Assembly (NCBI RefSeq): GCF_900289195.1
Contig: NZ_OMOH01000002.1
Location: forward strand, 301,206 to 333,205
Length of the DNA: 32,000 nucleotides
DNA from: Propionibacterium ruminifibrarum
GTDB lineage: Bacteria; Actinomycetota; Actinomycetes; Propionibacteriales; Propionibacteriaceae
Direction: 5' to 3'
Shown: positions 1 through 8,886 of the stretch, in pieces
Layout of the letters: every line of letters starts with the position of its first letter
How positions within the stretch are numbered: position 1 is the first letter of the stretch
Position numbers and translations under genes: made by a program
Notes under the pieces: generated by a model
The model's input: only the letters and a program-made list of their open reading frames with translations
Databases searched by the model: none
Told to the model about the DNA's origin: nothing

Positions 1-110
1 AGCAGCTCACGGGCCTGCTCCCAGGTGCCGTGCACATGGGTGGAGGGCCGCCAGCTGCTCGTCGCCTGGCGCGCGTGGAGCCGGATCCCGGCCGTCGGTG
101 CATCGGTCAC
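1..110 (-). CDS. Hypothetical protein, N-terminal fragment running off the left edge
   Basis: The minus-strand frame is open from the in-frame stop at 183-185 down to position 1. GTG candidates lie at 116-114 and 110-108. The third-codon-position G/C bias in this frame differs from the metG frame. The only + alternative would overlap metG by 2 kb. About 36 codons are visible (VTDAPTAGIRLHARQATSSWRPSTHVHGTWEQAREL) and I recognise no family. Confidence 0.3.
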   Translation of the reverse strand, partial: MTDAPTAGIRLHARQATSSWRPSTHVHGTWEQAREL

Positions 111-207
111 GCCCACCAGGGTAGCCCCGCGCCCCCGTCGCTCATCCGGACGCCGGGGCGGGCGGGGCGCGCGAGGCCCGGGTCACCGGGCGCGAGTGAC
201 CGGTGCG

Positions 208-2001
208 TCAGACGCGGGCCCACTCGGGGCCGGTGGCTGCGAGCTCCTCGTCCAGCTTGCGGAACAGCGGCACCGGTTTGCTCAGCGGAGTACCGGCCGC
301 GACGGGCCGGGAGGCCCACACCGCCTGCTGGCTGGCGTAGTCGCCCGTGAGCACCGGGTAGCCGTGGCCGGCCTCGCCGTCGTCCTCGGCGACGTGCTCG
401 ATCCGGGGCTGGGCGGCCCAGACGCCCTCACCGCCCAGCATCTCGAAGACCTTCTGCGCGGCGTGCGGCATGAAGGGCGTGAGCAGCGTGTTGGCGTCCT
501 GGACCACCTGCAGCGCGGTGTTGAGGACGGTGTCCCGCCGGGCGGGATCGTCCTTGAGCTTCCAGGGCTCCTGCTGGGAGATGTACTGGTTGGCCAGGCC
601 CACGATGCGCATGGCCTCGGTGATGGCGGCCTTGAACCGGCACTGCTCGATGAGGCCGCCGACGGTGCCGAAGGCGTCCTGGGCGGCGTCGAGCAGCTCC
701 TGGTCGGCCCGGGTGCGTTCACCGGCCTCGGGGATGGCGCCGTTGTTCTTGAAGGCCATCGAGATCGAGCGGTTGACGAGATTGCCCCACTCGTTGGCCA
801 GTTCGTTGTTGTTGCGGCGGACGAACTCGTCCCAGGTGAAGTCGGTGTCCTTGTTCTCGGGCCCGGCCACGGCGATGTAGTAGCGCAGCGTGTCGGGGCC
901 GAACTCGCGGAGGAAGTCGCCGACGTAGATGACCACGCCGTGGCTCGTGTCGACCTTCGAGCCCTTCATCGTGAGGAACTCGCTGGAGACGACCTCGGTG
1001 GGCAGGTTGAGCGCGCCGAGTTCGGCGCTGCGGGTTCCGCCGCGGCTGCCCTCCCCGTTGAGACCGAGCAGCATGGAGGGCCAGATGACCGAGTGGAAGA
1101 CGATGTTGTCCTTGCCCATGAAGTAGTAGGAGCGGGCCTGCGGGTCCTGCCACCAGGCCTTCCAGGCGTCGGGGTCGCCGGTGCGCCGGGCCCACTCGAT
1201 GGAGGCGGACAGGTAGCCGATCACCGCGTCGAACCACACGTAGATGCGTTTCATGTCCTCGTCCTGCCAGCCCTCGACCGGCACCGGGACGCCCCAGTCG
1301 AGGTCGCGGGTGATGGCGCGGGGCTTGAGTTCCTTGGCGAAGTTGTAGCTGAAGTTCAGCACATTCGGCCGCCAGTCGGTGCGCGAGTCGAGCCAGGCCA
1401 TGAGGGCGTCGGCGAGTGCCGGCAGGTCGAGGAAGAAGTGCGTGGTCTCTACGAACCTCGGTTCCTCCCCGTTGATCCTGCTGCGCGGCGAGATGAGGTC
1501 GGTGGGGTCGAGCTGGTTGCCGCAGTTGTCGCACTGGTCACCGCGGGCGCCGTCGAAACCGCAGATCGGGCAGACGCCCTCGACGTAGCGGTCGGCCAGG
1601 GTGCGGCCGGTGCTCGGCGAGATGGCGCCGAGCTGGGTCTGCTCGATGATGTAGCCGTTCGCGTGGAGGGTGCGGAAGATCTCCTGTACCACGTGCTGGT
1701 GGTTGCGGGTCGTGGTGCGGGTGTACAGGTCGTAGCTCAGCCCCAGGCCGGCCAGGTCCTCGACGATGATGCCGTGGTACTTGTCGGCGGTCTGCTGGGG
1801 TGTCAGGCCCTCGGCCTCGGCCTTCACCTGGATCGCCGTGCCGTGCTCGTCCGAGCCGGACACCAGCAGCACCTGGTGACCCGCCATGCGCATGTAACGC
1901 GCGAAGACGTCGGAGGGGACGCCGAACCCGGACACGTGCCCGATGTGGCGGGGTCCGTTGGCGTAGGGCCAGGCAGCAGTCGCGAGGATATGGGCGCACA
2001 T
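208..2001 (-). CDS. metG: Methionine--tRNA ligase (class I aaRS)
   Basis: This is the C-terminal 597 codons of track ORF 208..3189. The N-terminus [25 protein letters not shown] carries a HIGH-type motif. A zinc knuckle is present ([18 protein letters not shown]), as is a KMSKS-like loop ([14 protein letters not shown]). The ATG at 2001-1999 was verified in the sequence. The upstream 396 codons of the ORF are antisense to the ech gene and are not credible. Confidence 0.97.
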   Translation of the reverse strand: MCAHILATAAWPYANGPRHIGHVSGFGVPSDVFARYMRMAGHQVLLVSGSDEHGTAIQVKAEAEGLTPQQTADKYHGIIVEDLAGLGLSYDLYTRTTTRNHQHVVQEIFRTLHANGYIIEQTQLGAISPSTGRTLADRYVEGVCPICGFDGARGDQCDNCGNQLDPTDLISPRSRINGEEPRFVETTHFFLDLPALADALMAWLDSRTDWRPNVLNFSYNFAKELKPRAITRDLDWGVPVPVEGWQDEDMKRIYVWFDAVIGYLSASIEWARRTGDPDAWKAWWQDPQARSYYFMGKDNIVFHSVIWPSMLLGLNGEGSRGGTRSAELGALNLPTEVVSSEFLTMKGSKVDTSHGVVIYVGDFLREFGPDTLRYYIAVAGPENKDTDFTWDEFVRRNNNELANEWGNLVNRSISMAFKNNGAIPEAGERTRADQELLDAAQDAFGTVGGLIEQCRFKAAITEAMRIVGLANQYISQQEPWKLKDDPARRDTVLNTALQVVQDANTLLTPFMPHAAQKVFEMLGGEGVWAAQPRIEHVAEDDGEAGHGYPVLTGDYASQQAVWASRPVAAGTPLSKPVPLFRKLDEELAATGPEWARV

Positions 2002-2253
2002 GCGGCCAAGAATAGTAGGAGCACCCCTGGCCACGCGCACCTGCTCAACCGCGCGCTCCCCCGCCGCGGTACCCGGTCGGCGCCTGCGCACACGCTCGGT
2101 GGCCGTGTCGTGGTCCGCAGTCGGCGCCCGGCGGACGACCCGGCCTCGCGGTACACGCCCGCGGGCATGGAGGAACCGCGGGCGAGCCGATAGTCTCGGG
2201 GCATCCCATCGGGCCGCCCCCGCCGGCCCGCCCCTGCCGGCCCAGGAGGTCAC

Positions 2254-3177
2254 ATGAGCAACGATGTCGTGTTCGAGGTCGCTGACGGCTCGGCGGTCCT
2301 GCGCCTGAACCGGCCGAGAGCGCTCAACGCCCTGACCACCGAGATGTTCGAGGCGATCGCCCCTCGGCTGACGGCTTGGCGCGACGATCCGTCGATCACC
2401 TCGCTGCACCTGTACGGGGAGGGGCGGGGCTTCTGCGCCGGTGCCGATGTGCGCGCCATGCGCCAGATGATGCTCGACGGCGGCGTGGCGCCGGCGTTGG
2501 AGTTCCTGGCCCTCGAGTACGCCACCGACAAGCTCGTCGCCGGCTTCGGCAAGCCCGTCACGGCGCACCTGCACGGCATCGCGATGGGCGGCGGCCTGGG
2601 CCTGTCGATGCACGGCACCCGCCGCGTCGCGGCCGCCGACCTGGCGATGGCGATGCCCGAGGTCCAGATCGGCCTGTGGCCCGACGTCGGCATGACCTGG
2701 GAGCTCTCCCGGCTGCCGGGGCAGGCCGGCGCGTGGCTGGCCATGACCGGACGGACGATCGACGCGGCCACCGCCTACGGGCTGGGGCTGGTCGACGAGG
2801 TCGAGGGCATGGACGCCGCGCCGGTGCTCGACCTGGGCTGGGTGGACGAGTGCTTCGCCGGCGACGACCCGGCCGCGATCCTCGCGCGGCTCGAGTCCAG
2901 CAGCGACGAACGGGCACAGGAGGCGGGCCGCGAGATCCGGGCCAAGTCGCCGCTGTCGGTGTGCGTGTCCCTGGCCGCGGTGCGCCGCGCGGCCTCGATG
3001 GCCGGGCCGGCCGAGGTGCTCGACCAGGACCTGCGGATCGCCCGCGGCCTGCTGCCCGACTGCGACTTCGTCGAGGGCGTGCGCGCCCAGCTCGTCGACA
3101 AGGACCGCGACCCGCACTTCGGGCACGCGCGCATCGAGGACGTCGACCCGGCCCGGGTGCGGGCCATCGTCGGCTGA
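2254..3177 (+). CDS. Enoyl-CoA hydratase/isomerase superfamily protein, 3-hydroxyisobutyryl-CoA hydrolase-like (ECH_2)
   Basis: Crotonase fold signatures are present: [23 protein letters not shown] and [12 protein letters not shown]. The C-terminal [14 protein letters not shown] motif is typical of the HIBCH/ECH_2 branch. An AGGAGG sequence at 2244-2249 lies 4 nt upstream of the ATG. Confidence 0.85.
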   Translation: MSNDVVFEVADGSAVLRLNRPRALNALTTEMFEAIAPRLTAWRDDPSITSLHLYGEGRGFCAGADVRAMRQMMLDGGVAPALEFLALEYATDKLVAGFGKPVTAHLHGIAMGGGLGLSMHGTRRVAAADLAMAMPEVQIGLWPDVGMTWELSRLPGQAGAWLAMTGRTIDAATAYGLGLVDEVEGMDAAPVLDLGWVDECFAGDDPAAILARLESSSDERAQEAGREIRAKSPLSVCVSLAAVRRAASMAGPAEVLDQDLRIARGLLPDCDFVEGVRAQLVDKDRDPHFGHARIEDVDPARVRAIVG

Positions 3178-3198
3178 GACGCCCCGCATCGCCCGGTT

Positions 3199-4125
3199 TC
3201 AGGACCTGGCCGCGGTGCCCTGGGCGAAGAGCAGCCGCCAACGCGGGCGGCCGAGCGCGTCGTCACGCACCCACACCGAGCTGCGCAGGCTCGACGCCGT
3301 CCTCGTGACGGCCCGCCAGCGCAGCAGCACGGCGTCGGCGCCCAGGCGGGTGGCGCCCAGCTGCTCCAGCCGGGTCTCGCGTTCGAGCGGGGCGATCTGG
3401 GCGATGAGCCGGCTGCGCGTCCAGATCCGGCCGTTGGCGTCGTACTCGACGTAGTCGGGGTGCAGCAGCACGCGCAGCAGGTCCTGGTCGGACCTGACGG
3501 GGGCGGTGAGCAGGCTGCGTTCGGCGTCCCAGACCTCGGCCAGCTCGTCACGGGGCCTCGGGGGCTCGCTGAACAGGTCCGGTTCGGCGGCGACGGGGTC
3601 CGGGGCGCCCAGCACGCTCGGCGCGGACGGGGCGCGTCCCGCGGTTCGGTCCGCGGCGGCGCCGGGCCGGTAGCCGGGACCGGGATCGGGTTCGCGGTGC
3701 TGCTGGTAGGCGGTGGCCGCGGCACGGGCCCTGGCATCGGCGGCCTCGTTCATCCGGTGCCCGGCATGGCCCTTGACCCACTCGAAACTCACGTCGCGGC
3801 CCTCGAGGGCCTCGTCGATGGCCTGGAGCAACTTGACGTTGAGGACGGGCTTTCCGTCCTTCTTCCGCCAGCCGCGTCGCTTCCAGCCTGGCATCCACTT
3901 GGTGACCGAGTTGATGACGTACTGCGAGTCGCACAGGATCCGCAGCCCCTGGTCGGCGTCGACCGCGGTCGCCCGCAGCAGGTCGAGGACGGCCATCAGC
4001 TCGCCCATGTTGTTGGTGCCGCGCGGCCAGCCGCCGCTGGCCCAGTGCTCGTCGTCGATGTACCAGGCCCAGCCGGCCGGGCCGGGGTTGGACAGGGACG
4101 AGCCGTCTGCAGCAGCGATGATCAC
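3199..4125 (-). CDS. rnhA: Ribonuclease HI fused to a C-terminal NTF2-like (DUF4440-like) domain
   Basis: The N-terminal ~140 aa has the RNase H catalytic pattern: AADGSS (D), NNMGELMAV (E), ILCDSQYV (D) and VKGHAGHRMNEAADARA (H/D). A Pro/Ala/Gly-rich linker follows. The C-terminus (LLHPDYVEYDANGRIWTRSRLIAQI...WRLLFAQGT) resembles DUF4440/SnoaL-like proteins. The start is uncertain: I chose GTG at 4125, while the track ORF extends to 4200. Confidence 0.85.
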   Translation of the reverse strand: MIIAAADGSSLSNPGPAGWAWYIDDEHWASGGWPRGTNNMGELMAVLDLLRATAVDADQGLRILCDSQYVINSVTKWMPGWKRRGWRKKDGKPVLNVKLLQAIDEALEGRDVSFEWVKGHAGHRMNEAADARARAAATAYQQHREPDPGPGYRPGAAADRTAGRAPSAPSVLGAPDPVAAEPDLFSEPPRPRDELAEVWDAERSLLTAPVRSDQDLLRVLLHPDYVEYDANGRIWTRSRLIAQIAPLERETRLEQLGATRLGADAVLLRWRAVTRTASSLRSSVWVRDDALGRPRWRLLFAQGTAARS

Positions 4126-4232
4126 GGACCCATTGTGCCTGGTGGCTCCCTTCGGAGCGCGGCACCGCTCGCGGACCCGAGGAGCGGACCTACACGACAC
4201 CCGCTCCCGTCGTGCGCTACCCTGCCCTGGGC

Positions 4233-4258
4233 TTAAGCAGGTATTCAGTTCTGCTTAA
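4233..4258. promoter_or_regulatory. Inverted repeat TTAAGCAG-N10-CTGCTTAA in the rnhA/putP divergent spacer (candidate operator)
   Basis: The 8-bp arms at 4233-4240 and 4251-4258 are perfectly complementary. The patch is locally AT-rich within GC-rich DNA and lies 55-80 nt upstream of the putP ATG. Confidence 0.35.
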
Positions 4259-4312
4259 CACCCGCACCCCCACCACTTCCATGAGGACGACCGGCAGGAC
4301 GGAGCACACCGC

Positions 4313-5797
4313 ATGAGCACCATGGCATGGCAGATCGTGGCGATGGTCGTCTACTTGGCGGCCATGGTGTGGATCGGCTTCTGGGGCAACCGGCAGACGG
4401 TCGACCTGGGCGACTACATGCTGGGTGGGCGGCGCCTGCCCCCGGCCGTCTCGGCGCTGAGCGCCGGAGCGGCGGACATGAGCGGCTGGCTGCTCATGGG
4501 CCTGCCCGGCGCCGTCTACGCGTCGGGCCTGGTGGAGGCCTGGATCGGCGTCGGCCTGACCGTCGGCGCCTGGTTCAACTGGAAGGTCGTCGCCCCGCGG
4601 TTGCGCGCCTACACCGAGATCGCCCGCAACTCGATCACGATCCCGAGCTTCTTCGGCAACCGCCTGCACGACACCAGTGGCGTCCTGCGCATCGTGACGG
4701 GCCTGATCATCCTGGTCTACTTCACCTTCTACATCTCCTCGGGCATGGTCTCCGGCGGCACCTTCTTCGAGTCGAGCTTCGGCCTGCCCTACATGTGGGG
4801 CATGCTGCTGGTCGCCGTCGTGACCGTGGGCTACACGCTCGTCGGAGGTTTCCTGGCCGTCTCGTGGACCGACGTCGTCCAGGGCCTCATGATGCTGGTC
4901 GCCCTCGTCGGACTGCCCATCGTCGGCCTCGTCCACGTCGGGGGCCCCGGCGCGGCGATCGCCCAGATCCGCGCCGTCGACCCCGATCTGACCTCGCTCA
5001 TCCGAGGCGGCACGGTCATCGGCATCGTCTCGGCCCTTGCCTGGGGGCTGGGCTACTTCGGCCAGCCGCACATCCTCGTCCGTCTCATGGCGCTCAGCTC
5101 GCCGGCCGAGGCGGGCCGCGCCCGCCGCATCGGCATCGGCTGGATGATCCTGTCCTACCTCGGCGCCGTCGCCACCGCCCTCATCGGCGTGGCCGTCTAC
5201 CGGCACGACACCGGGCGACTGGACAACCCCGAGACCGTCTTCATCACGCTGGCCCAGCTGCTCTTCCACCCGCTCATCGCCGGATTCCTGCTGGCCGCGA
5301 TCCTCGCCGCGGTCATGTCGACGATCTCCAGCCAGCTCATCGTCACCTCCTCGGCGCTGGTCGAGGACCTCTACCGGGGCATCACCCACCGGCAGCTCTC
5401 CCCCACCGGCGGCGTGTGGGCCGGGCGCATCGGCGTGCTCGCCGTGGCACTCGTCGCCATGGCGCTGGCCGCCGGGCGCAACGACACGATCCTCGGTCTC
5501 GTCGCCTTCGCCTGGGCGGGCTTCGGCGCCGGCTTCGGCCCGACCACCCTGCTCAGCCTGTGGTGGCGCAGGCTGACCACGGCCGGCGCGGCGGCCGGCA
5601 TGATCGTCGGCGCCGCCCTCGTGTTCATCTGGGATCACCTCGGCGACGTCTACGGCGGCATCTTCGAGCTGTACGAGATCCTGCCCGGCTTCTGCGCGAA
5701 CCTGGTCGTCGCGGTCGTCGTCTCGCTCCTCACCCGCCGGCCGGACGACGCGATCGACGCGGAGTTCGCCCGCGCCGTGGAACTGGCCGAGGCCTGA
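4313..5797 (+). CDS. putP: Sodium:proline symporter (SSS family)
   Basis: This is a 494-aa polytopic membrane protein. Its N-terminus YLAAMVWIGFWGNRQTVDLGDYMLGGRRLPPAVSALSAGAADMSGWLLMGLPG is characteristic of PutP/SSS transporters. A GGAG sequence lies ~10 nt upstream of the ATG. Confidence 0.92.
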   Translation: MSTMAWQIVAMVVYLAAMVWIGFWGNRQTVDLGDYMLGGRRLPPAVSALSAGAADMSGWLLMGLPGAVYASGLVEAWIGVGLTVGAWFNWKVVAPRLRAYTEIARNSITIPSFFGNRLHDTSGVLRIVTGLIILVYFTFYISSGMVSGGTFFESSFGLPYMWGMLLVAVVTVGYTLVGGFLAVSWTDVVQGLMMLVALVGLPIVGLVHVGGPGAAIAQIRAVDPDLTSLIRGGTVIGIVSALAWGLGYFGQPHILVRLMALSSPAEAGRARRIGIGWMILSYLGAVATALIGVAVYRHDTGRLDNPETVFITLAQLLFHPLIAGFLLAAILAAVMSTISSQLIVTSSALVEDLYRGITHRQLSPTGGVWAGRIGVLAVALVAMALAAGRNDTILGLVAFAWAGFGAGFGPTTLLSLWWRRLTTAGAAAGMIVGAALVFIWDHLGDVYGGIFELYEILPGFCANLVVAVVVSLLTRRPDDAIDAEFARAVELAEA

Positions 5798-5865
5798 CCC
5801 CTGCCCAAGCCGCCGGTTCTCTGACACAATCCGAGTATCCGAACCCCCCGGCCGTCAGGAGCCCC

Positions 5866-6750
5866 ATGTCAGTACCCGGCACACCCCCACCCGGCTGGTA
5901 CCCCGACCCGGCCGACCCCGCCTCCGGGCGCCTGCGGCACTGGGACGGCGCCGCCTGGGGTCAGGACACCCGGGGCGGGCAGGGCACGCCAGGCGGCGGG
6001 TCCTCCGGCGGCTGGGGGCGCCGCGTCCCATGGCTCGTCGCAGTGATCGCCGTGCTCGTCGTCGCCGCGGTCGCCGTCGTGCTCATCGGGCGCGGACGCG
6101 GTGCCCCGGACGTCGAGGACACGAACACGGCGGCGCCGACCGGCACGCCCTGGGACGAGATGAGCACCCCGGCGCCGTCATCGCCCGACTCCTCCAGCGC
6201 CACGCCCGGCGGTCCCTGCCTCACCGTGATGACCACCACCGACGCGACCCCGGCGAGCGGCGAACCGCTCACCGCCGGCGCCCTGACGATGCCCGCCCCC
6301 GACGGCTGGTCCGGGCCGATCCGCGAGTCACGGGTGCCGAACTCGGACACCGGCTGGGCCTACTACACGCGGCTGGGCATCGACATGCCGGGCTGGGTGG
6401 CCCAGCAGACCGTCGGCACGATGCGCCCGGAATCGTTCACCACGACCGAGCAGACCGCCCTCGACATCCTGACGTGCCTGCCCGGCAGCGCGATGTACCG
6501 GTCCGTGACGGCGACGGTCACCGAGCAGCAGGCCACCTCGATCAGCATCGACGGCGTACCGGCCAGCCAGGTCGACGCCACCCTGGCGATCGAGAGCGAC
6601 CGGCTGGCGACCGAGGCCTCGGCGATCCGCATCATCGTCGTCGAGGCCGACGACACGGCGAGTTTCTACCTCTCGGCGATCCCCGTCGAGCGCCCCGATC
6701 TGCAGGCGATCGCCGACCGGACCGCCGGCGCGCTGAGCATCGCCGGCTGA
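5866..6750 (+). CDS. DUF2510-domain membrane protein with an uncharacterised extracytoplasmic domain
   Basis: The ATG at 5866 is preceded by AGGAG (5857-5861). The N-terminal PPGWYPDPADPASGRLRHWDGAAWG is the DUF2510 motif. One TM segment follows (WLVAVIAVLVVAAVAVVLI), then a Pro/Ser/Thr linker and a ~200-aa domain I do not recognise. The upstream part of track ORF 4327..6750 is out-of-frame overlap with putP. Confidence 0.7.
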   Translation: MSVPGTPPPGWYPDPADPASGRLRHWDGAAWGQDTRGGQGTPGGGSSGGWGRRVPWLVAVIAVLVVAAVAVVLIGRGRGAPDVEDTNTAAPTGTPWDEMSTPAPSSPDSSSATPGGPCLTVMTTTDATPASGEPLTAGALTMPAPDGWSGPIRESRVPNSDTGWAYYTRLGIDMPGWVAQQTVGTMRPESFTTTEQTALDILTCLPGSAMYRSVTATVTEQQATSISIDGVPASQVDATLAIESDRLATEASAIRIIVVEADDTASFYLSAIPVERPDLQAIADRTAGALSIAG

Positions 6751-6811
6751 CCGCCTCGGCACCACCTGGGGGCGGCTCGTGTGGTCGGCCGGCGATGCCG
6801 GGCAGCGGGTG

Positions 6812-7630
6812 TCAGCGCAACGAGGTGTGGTGCTCGATCGAGTCGACCGCCCAGACCGCCAGGACGGCGGCGAGCAGGAGCGGCATGGCCATCGACCCGA
6901 TGCCCATGACGGTGGGTTCCCCATTCGTGCGGATCGCCTCGAGCAGGGGCGTCGCCATGTCGCCGAGGACGATCCGGCGCTCGGCCATGTCCACGCCGAC
7001 CGGGATGAAGAGGGTGCCCACCACCGACAGCACCTGGCTGACGACCTCGAGCAGGACGAAACCGATGACCGGGGCGCCGATGCCGAGCCGGTTCCACCGG
7101 GACCGTGCGCCGATGCTCATCACCGCCGCGCACTCCACGACGAGGCACAGCGTGGAGACGATCATGGCGCCGACCCCGGCCCAGAAGAAGCCCTTGCCGA
7201 TGAGATCGATGGGCTCCCACAGCAGCTCGTCCAGCACCTCGCCGATCGTGCCGTCGGCGGGCAGATAGTGCAGCCAGCCGCTCAGCAGCAGCATGGCGGG
7301 GACGAGGACGAAGCAGGCCAGGGTCCAGATGCCGGCATGGGTGAGCTTGGCGGCGAAGATCTGCCGGCCGCGCACCGGCAGGGCGAAGGTGAAGTAGCCG
7401 CGCTGTCCGTACATCGTCTGCCAGTAGGCGAGGCCCAGGTAGACGAGCAGGATGGCGGGCATGGCGAGGAGGACGACCAGGGCCAGTACCGCGCAGAACT
7501 GGCCGAGGACGGGCACCGGGAGCATGCCGAGCCCGGTGAGGAGCAGGCCGGTGAGCGAGTCCAGGCCGACGATGACGAGGCAGGTGCGGCCGTGCGAGCG
7601 GAACTCCTGGCCGACGAGGGTGGTGAACAT
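6812..7630 (-). CDS. ABC-2-type transporter permease, partner of the upstream ATPase
   Basis: This 272-aa protein has multiple hydrophobic helices. Its ATG (7630-7628) overlaps the ATPase stop codon (TGATG). It occupies the third position of a GntR-ATPase-permease operon. Confidence 0.65.
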   Translation of the reverse strand: MFTTLVGQEFRSHGRTCLVIVGLDSLTGLLLTGLGMLPVPVLGQFCAVLALVVLLAMPAILLVYLGLAYWQTMYGQRGYFTFALPVRGRQIFAAKLTHAGIWTLACFVLVPAMLLLSGWLHYLPADGTIGEVLDELLWEPIDLIGKGFFWAGVGAMIVSTLCLVVECAAVMSIGARSRWNRLGIGAPVIGFVLLEVVSQVLSVVGTLFIPVGVDMAERRIVLGDMATPLLEAIRTNGEPTVMGIGSMAMPLLLAAVLAVWAVDSIEHHTSLR

Positions 7631-8379
7631 CAGCGGTACTCCTTGCGGAAGAGGGCGTCCAGGCTCATGCCGTGGCGTTCGCGCAGGTCATCGGCGTCAC
7701 CGGCCATGAGGACGGCGCCGTCGCGCATGAGGACGACCGAGTCGACGATCGCCTCGATGTCGGCGATGAGATGGGTGGAGATGAGCATGAGGGCGTCCGG
7801 GTCGAAGTCGCGCAGGATGCCGCCGAGGATCACCTCGCGCGCCACCGGGTCGACGCCCGAGATGGGTTCGTCGAGCAGGAAGACCCGGGCGCGCCGGCTC
7901 ATGACGAGGGCGATCTGGAGCTTCTGACCCATGCCCCGGGACATCTCCTTGAGTGAGCGGTCCGTGGGCAGGCCGAAGAAACGCACCGTCTCCCAGGCCT
8001 TGTCGGCGTCGAAATCGGCGAAGAACCTGCTGTACAGCTCGATCGCCTGCCCGGGTCTGAGGGCCGGGTCGAGGAAGTCGGCGTCCCCCAGGAACGAGAC
8101 GATCGCCTTCGTCTCGGGGCCAGGCGCCGAACCGTCGATCGTGACCTCGCCGGTCCAGTCGGCGAGCAGGCCGGCCAGCACCTTGATGAGGGTGGTCTTG
8201 CCGCACCCGTTGGCGCCGAGCAGCCCGACGATGCGCCCGGCGGGCAGGTCGAGGTCGAGCCCGGACAGGGCCGGTGTGTGCCCGTAGCTCTTGGACAGGG
8301 CGGCCGCGTGGACGAGCGGCGGGGAGCCGTCCGGGGCCGGTGGGATGGCCAGTGGTTCACGCCTGGGGTCAGTGTTCAT
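7630..8379 (-). CDS. ABC transporter ATP-binding protein
   Basis: Walker A (GANGCGKTT), the signature motif (MSRGMGQKL), Walker B (VFLLDEP) and an H-loop (ISTH) are all present. I chose the start ATG at 8379 (MNTDPRREPL). The longer track ORF to 8772 overlaps the GntR gene out of frame. Confidence 0.9.
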   Translation of the reverse strand: MNTDPRREPLAIPPAPDGSPPLVHAAALSKSYGHTPALSGLDLDLPAGRIVGLLGANGCGKTTLIKVLAGLLADWTGEVTIDGSAPGPETKAIVSFLGDADFLDPALRPGQAIELYSRFFADFDADKAWETVRFFGLPTDRSLKEMSRGMGQKLQIALVMSRRARVFLLDEPISGVDPVAREVILGGILRDFDPDALMLISTHLIADIEAIVDSVVLMRDGAVLMAGDADDLRERHGMSLDALFRKEYR

Positions 8380-8782
8380 CGGAGTCGTCCTGGTTGTCGT
8401 CGTGGTCGCCGGCACCGGCGCCGTGGGCGCCCGGCCAGCACTCGGTGAGCAGGTCGACGGCCTGGTCGAGGTTGAGGCCGACGGCCGCCGCGTCGTCCCG
8501 GTAGGCCCTGGCGGCTCCCATGGCGAGTTCGCGGCGGATCGCCTCGACCGTCCCGGCGCCCGCCGCGACGAAGCGCCCCGCGGTGCGCTCGGTTGCGGTG
8601 AGACCGGTGCGGTCGAGCTCGGTGAGGGCGCGCTGCACGGTGTTCGGGTTGACCCCGGCCTCCTGGGCCAGCTCGCGCACGCTGGGTACGCGCGATTCCG
8701 GCGCCCACTGGCCAGTGACGATGCGGCGCCGGAACTCCTCGACAAGCTGAACCCAGATCGGCCGGGTGTCATCCACCTGCAC
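8369..8782 (-). CDS. GntR-family transcriptional regulator, YtrA subfamily
   Basis: The winged HTH is LPSVRELAQEAGVNPNTVQRALTELDRTGL, and the C-terminal effector region is short. GTG at 8782 sits 6 nt downstream of AGGAGG (8789-8794) and gives MQVDDTRPIWVQL, which matches YtrA-type N-termini. The track ATG at 8806 is the alternative start. The 3' end overlaps the ATPase start by 11 nt. Confidence 0.9.
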   Translation of the reverse strand: MQVDDTRPIWVQLVEEFRRRIVTGQWAPESRVPSVRELAQEAGVNPNTVQRALTELDRTGLTATERTAGRFVAAGAGTVEAIRRELAMGAARAYRDDAAAVGLNLDQAVDLLTECWPGAHGAGAGDHDDNQDDSDEH

Positions 8783-8827
8783 AGGTGTCCTCCTGCTGAT
8801 TCGCATGGCCCGGGAAACCCCGAACCA

Positions 8828-8851
8828 TTTGTATTAATACACTAATACAAA
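8828..8851. promoter_or_regulatory. Palindromic AT-rich operator candidate for the YtrA-type regulator
   Basis: The site is TTTGTATTA-ATACAC-TAATACAAA, with perfect 9-bp arms. It contains the 10-bp perfect palindrome GTATTAATAC (8831-8840). It lies 46-70 nt upstream of the GntR start and has the GT...AC core typical of GntR operators. Confidence 0.6.
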
Positions 8852-8886
8852 GATACAGTCGTCGGCAACCGATGGGCCGTCCGGTC

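Noticed and set aside
1990-2025. Possible short-leader promoter for metG (TACTAT 10 nt upstream of the ATG on the minus strand), and a similar TACCAT 9 nt upstream of the pcrA ATG (near 23754-23759).
   Set aside because: The spacing is longer than the 6-8 nt expected for a leaderless start and no -35 support exists. This is plausible but not supportable without TSS data.
25-2193. 722-aa + strand ORF, and similar very long ORFs antisense to real genes: 4217..5827 (-), 8872..10137 (+), 9966..11411 (+), 11768..13231 (+), 17686..19887 (+), 19897..21660 (-), 21774..22919 (+), 23751..24881 (-), 19927..21165 (+).
   Set aside because: All lie antisense to genes with unmistakable family signatures (metG, putP, the kinase, CNNM, icd, purH/purN, perM, pcrA, cls). 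Their translations are low-complexity Arg/Gly/Ala/Pro/Asp-rich strings typical of stop-poor shadow frames in high-GC DNA.
2002-3189. 5' extensions of track ORFs: 208..3189 beyond metG, 11813..13834 beyond icd, 25850..28447 beyond the kinase, 7630..8772 beyond the ATPase, 4327..6750 before the DUF2510 gene, and 15305..16303 and 29907..30935.
   Set aside because: The extensions overlap well-supported genes on the other strand or frame, or run into noncoding spacers. Family-typical N-termini with plausible starts or ribosome-binding sites occur internally.
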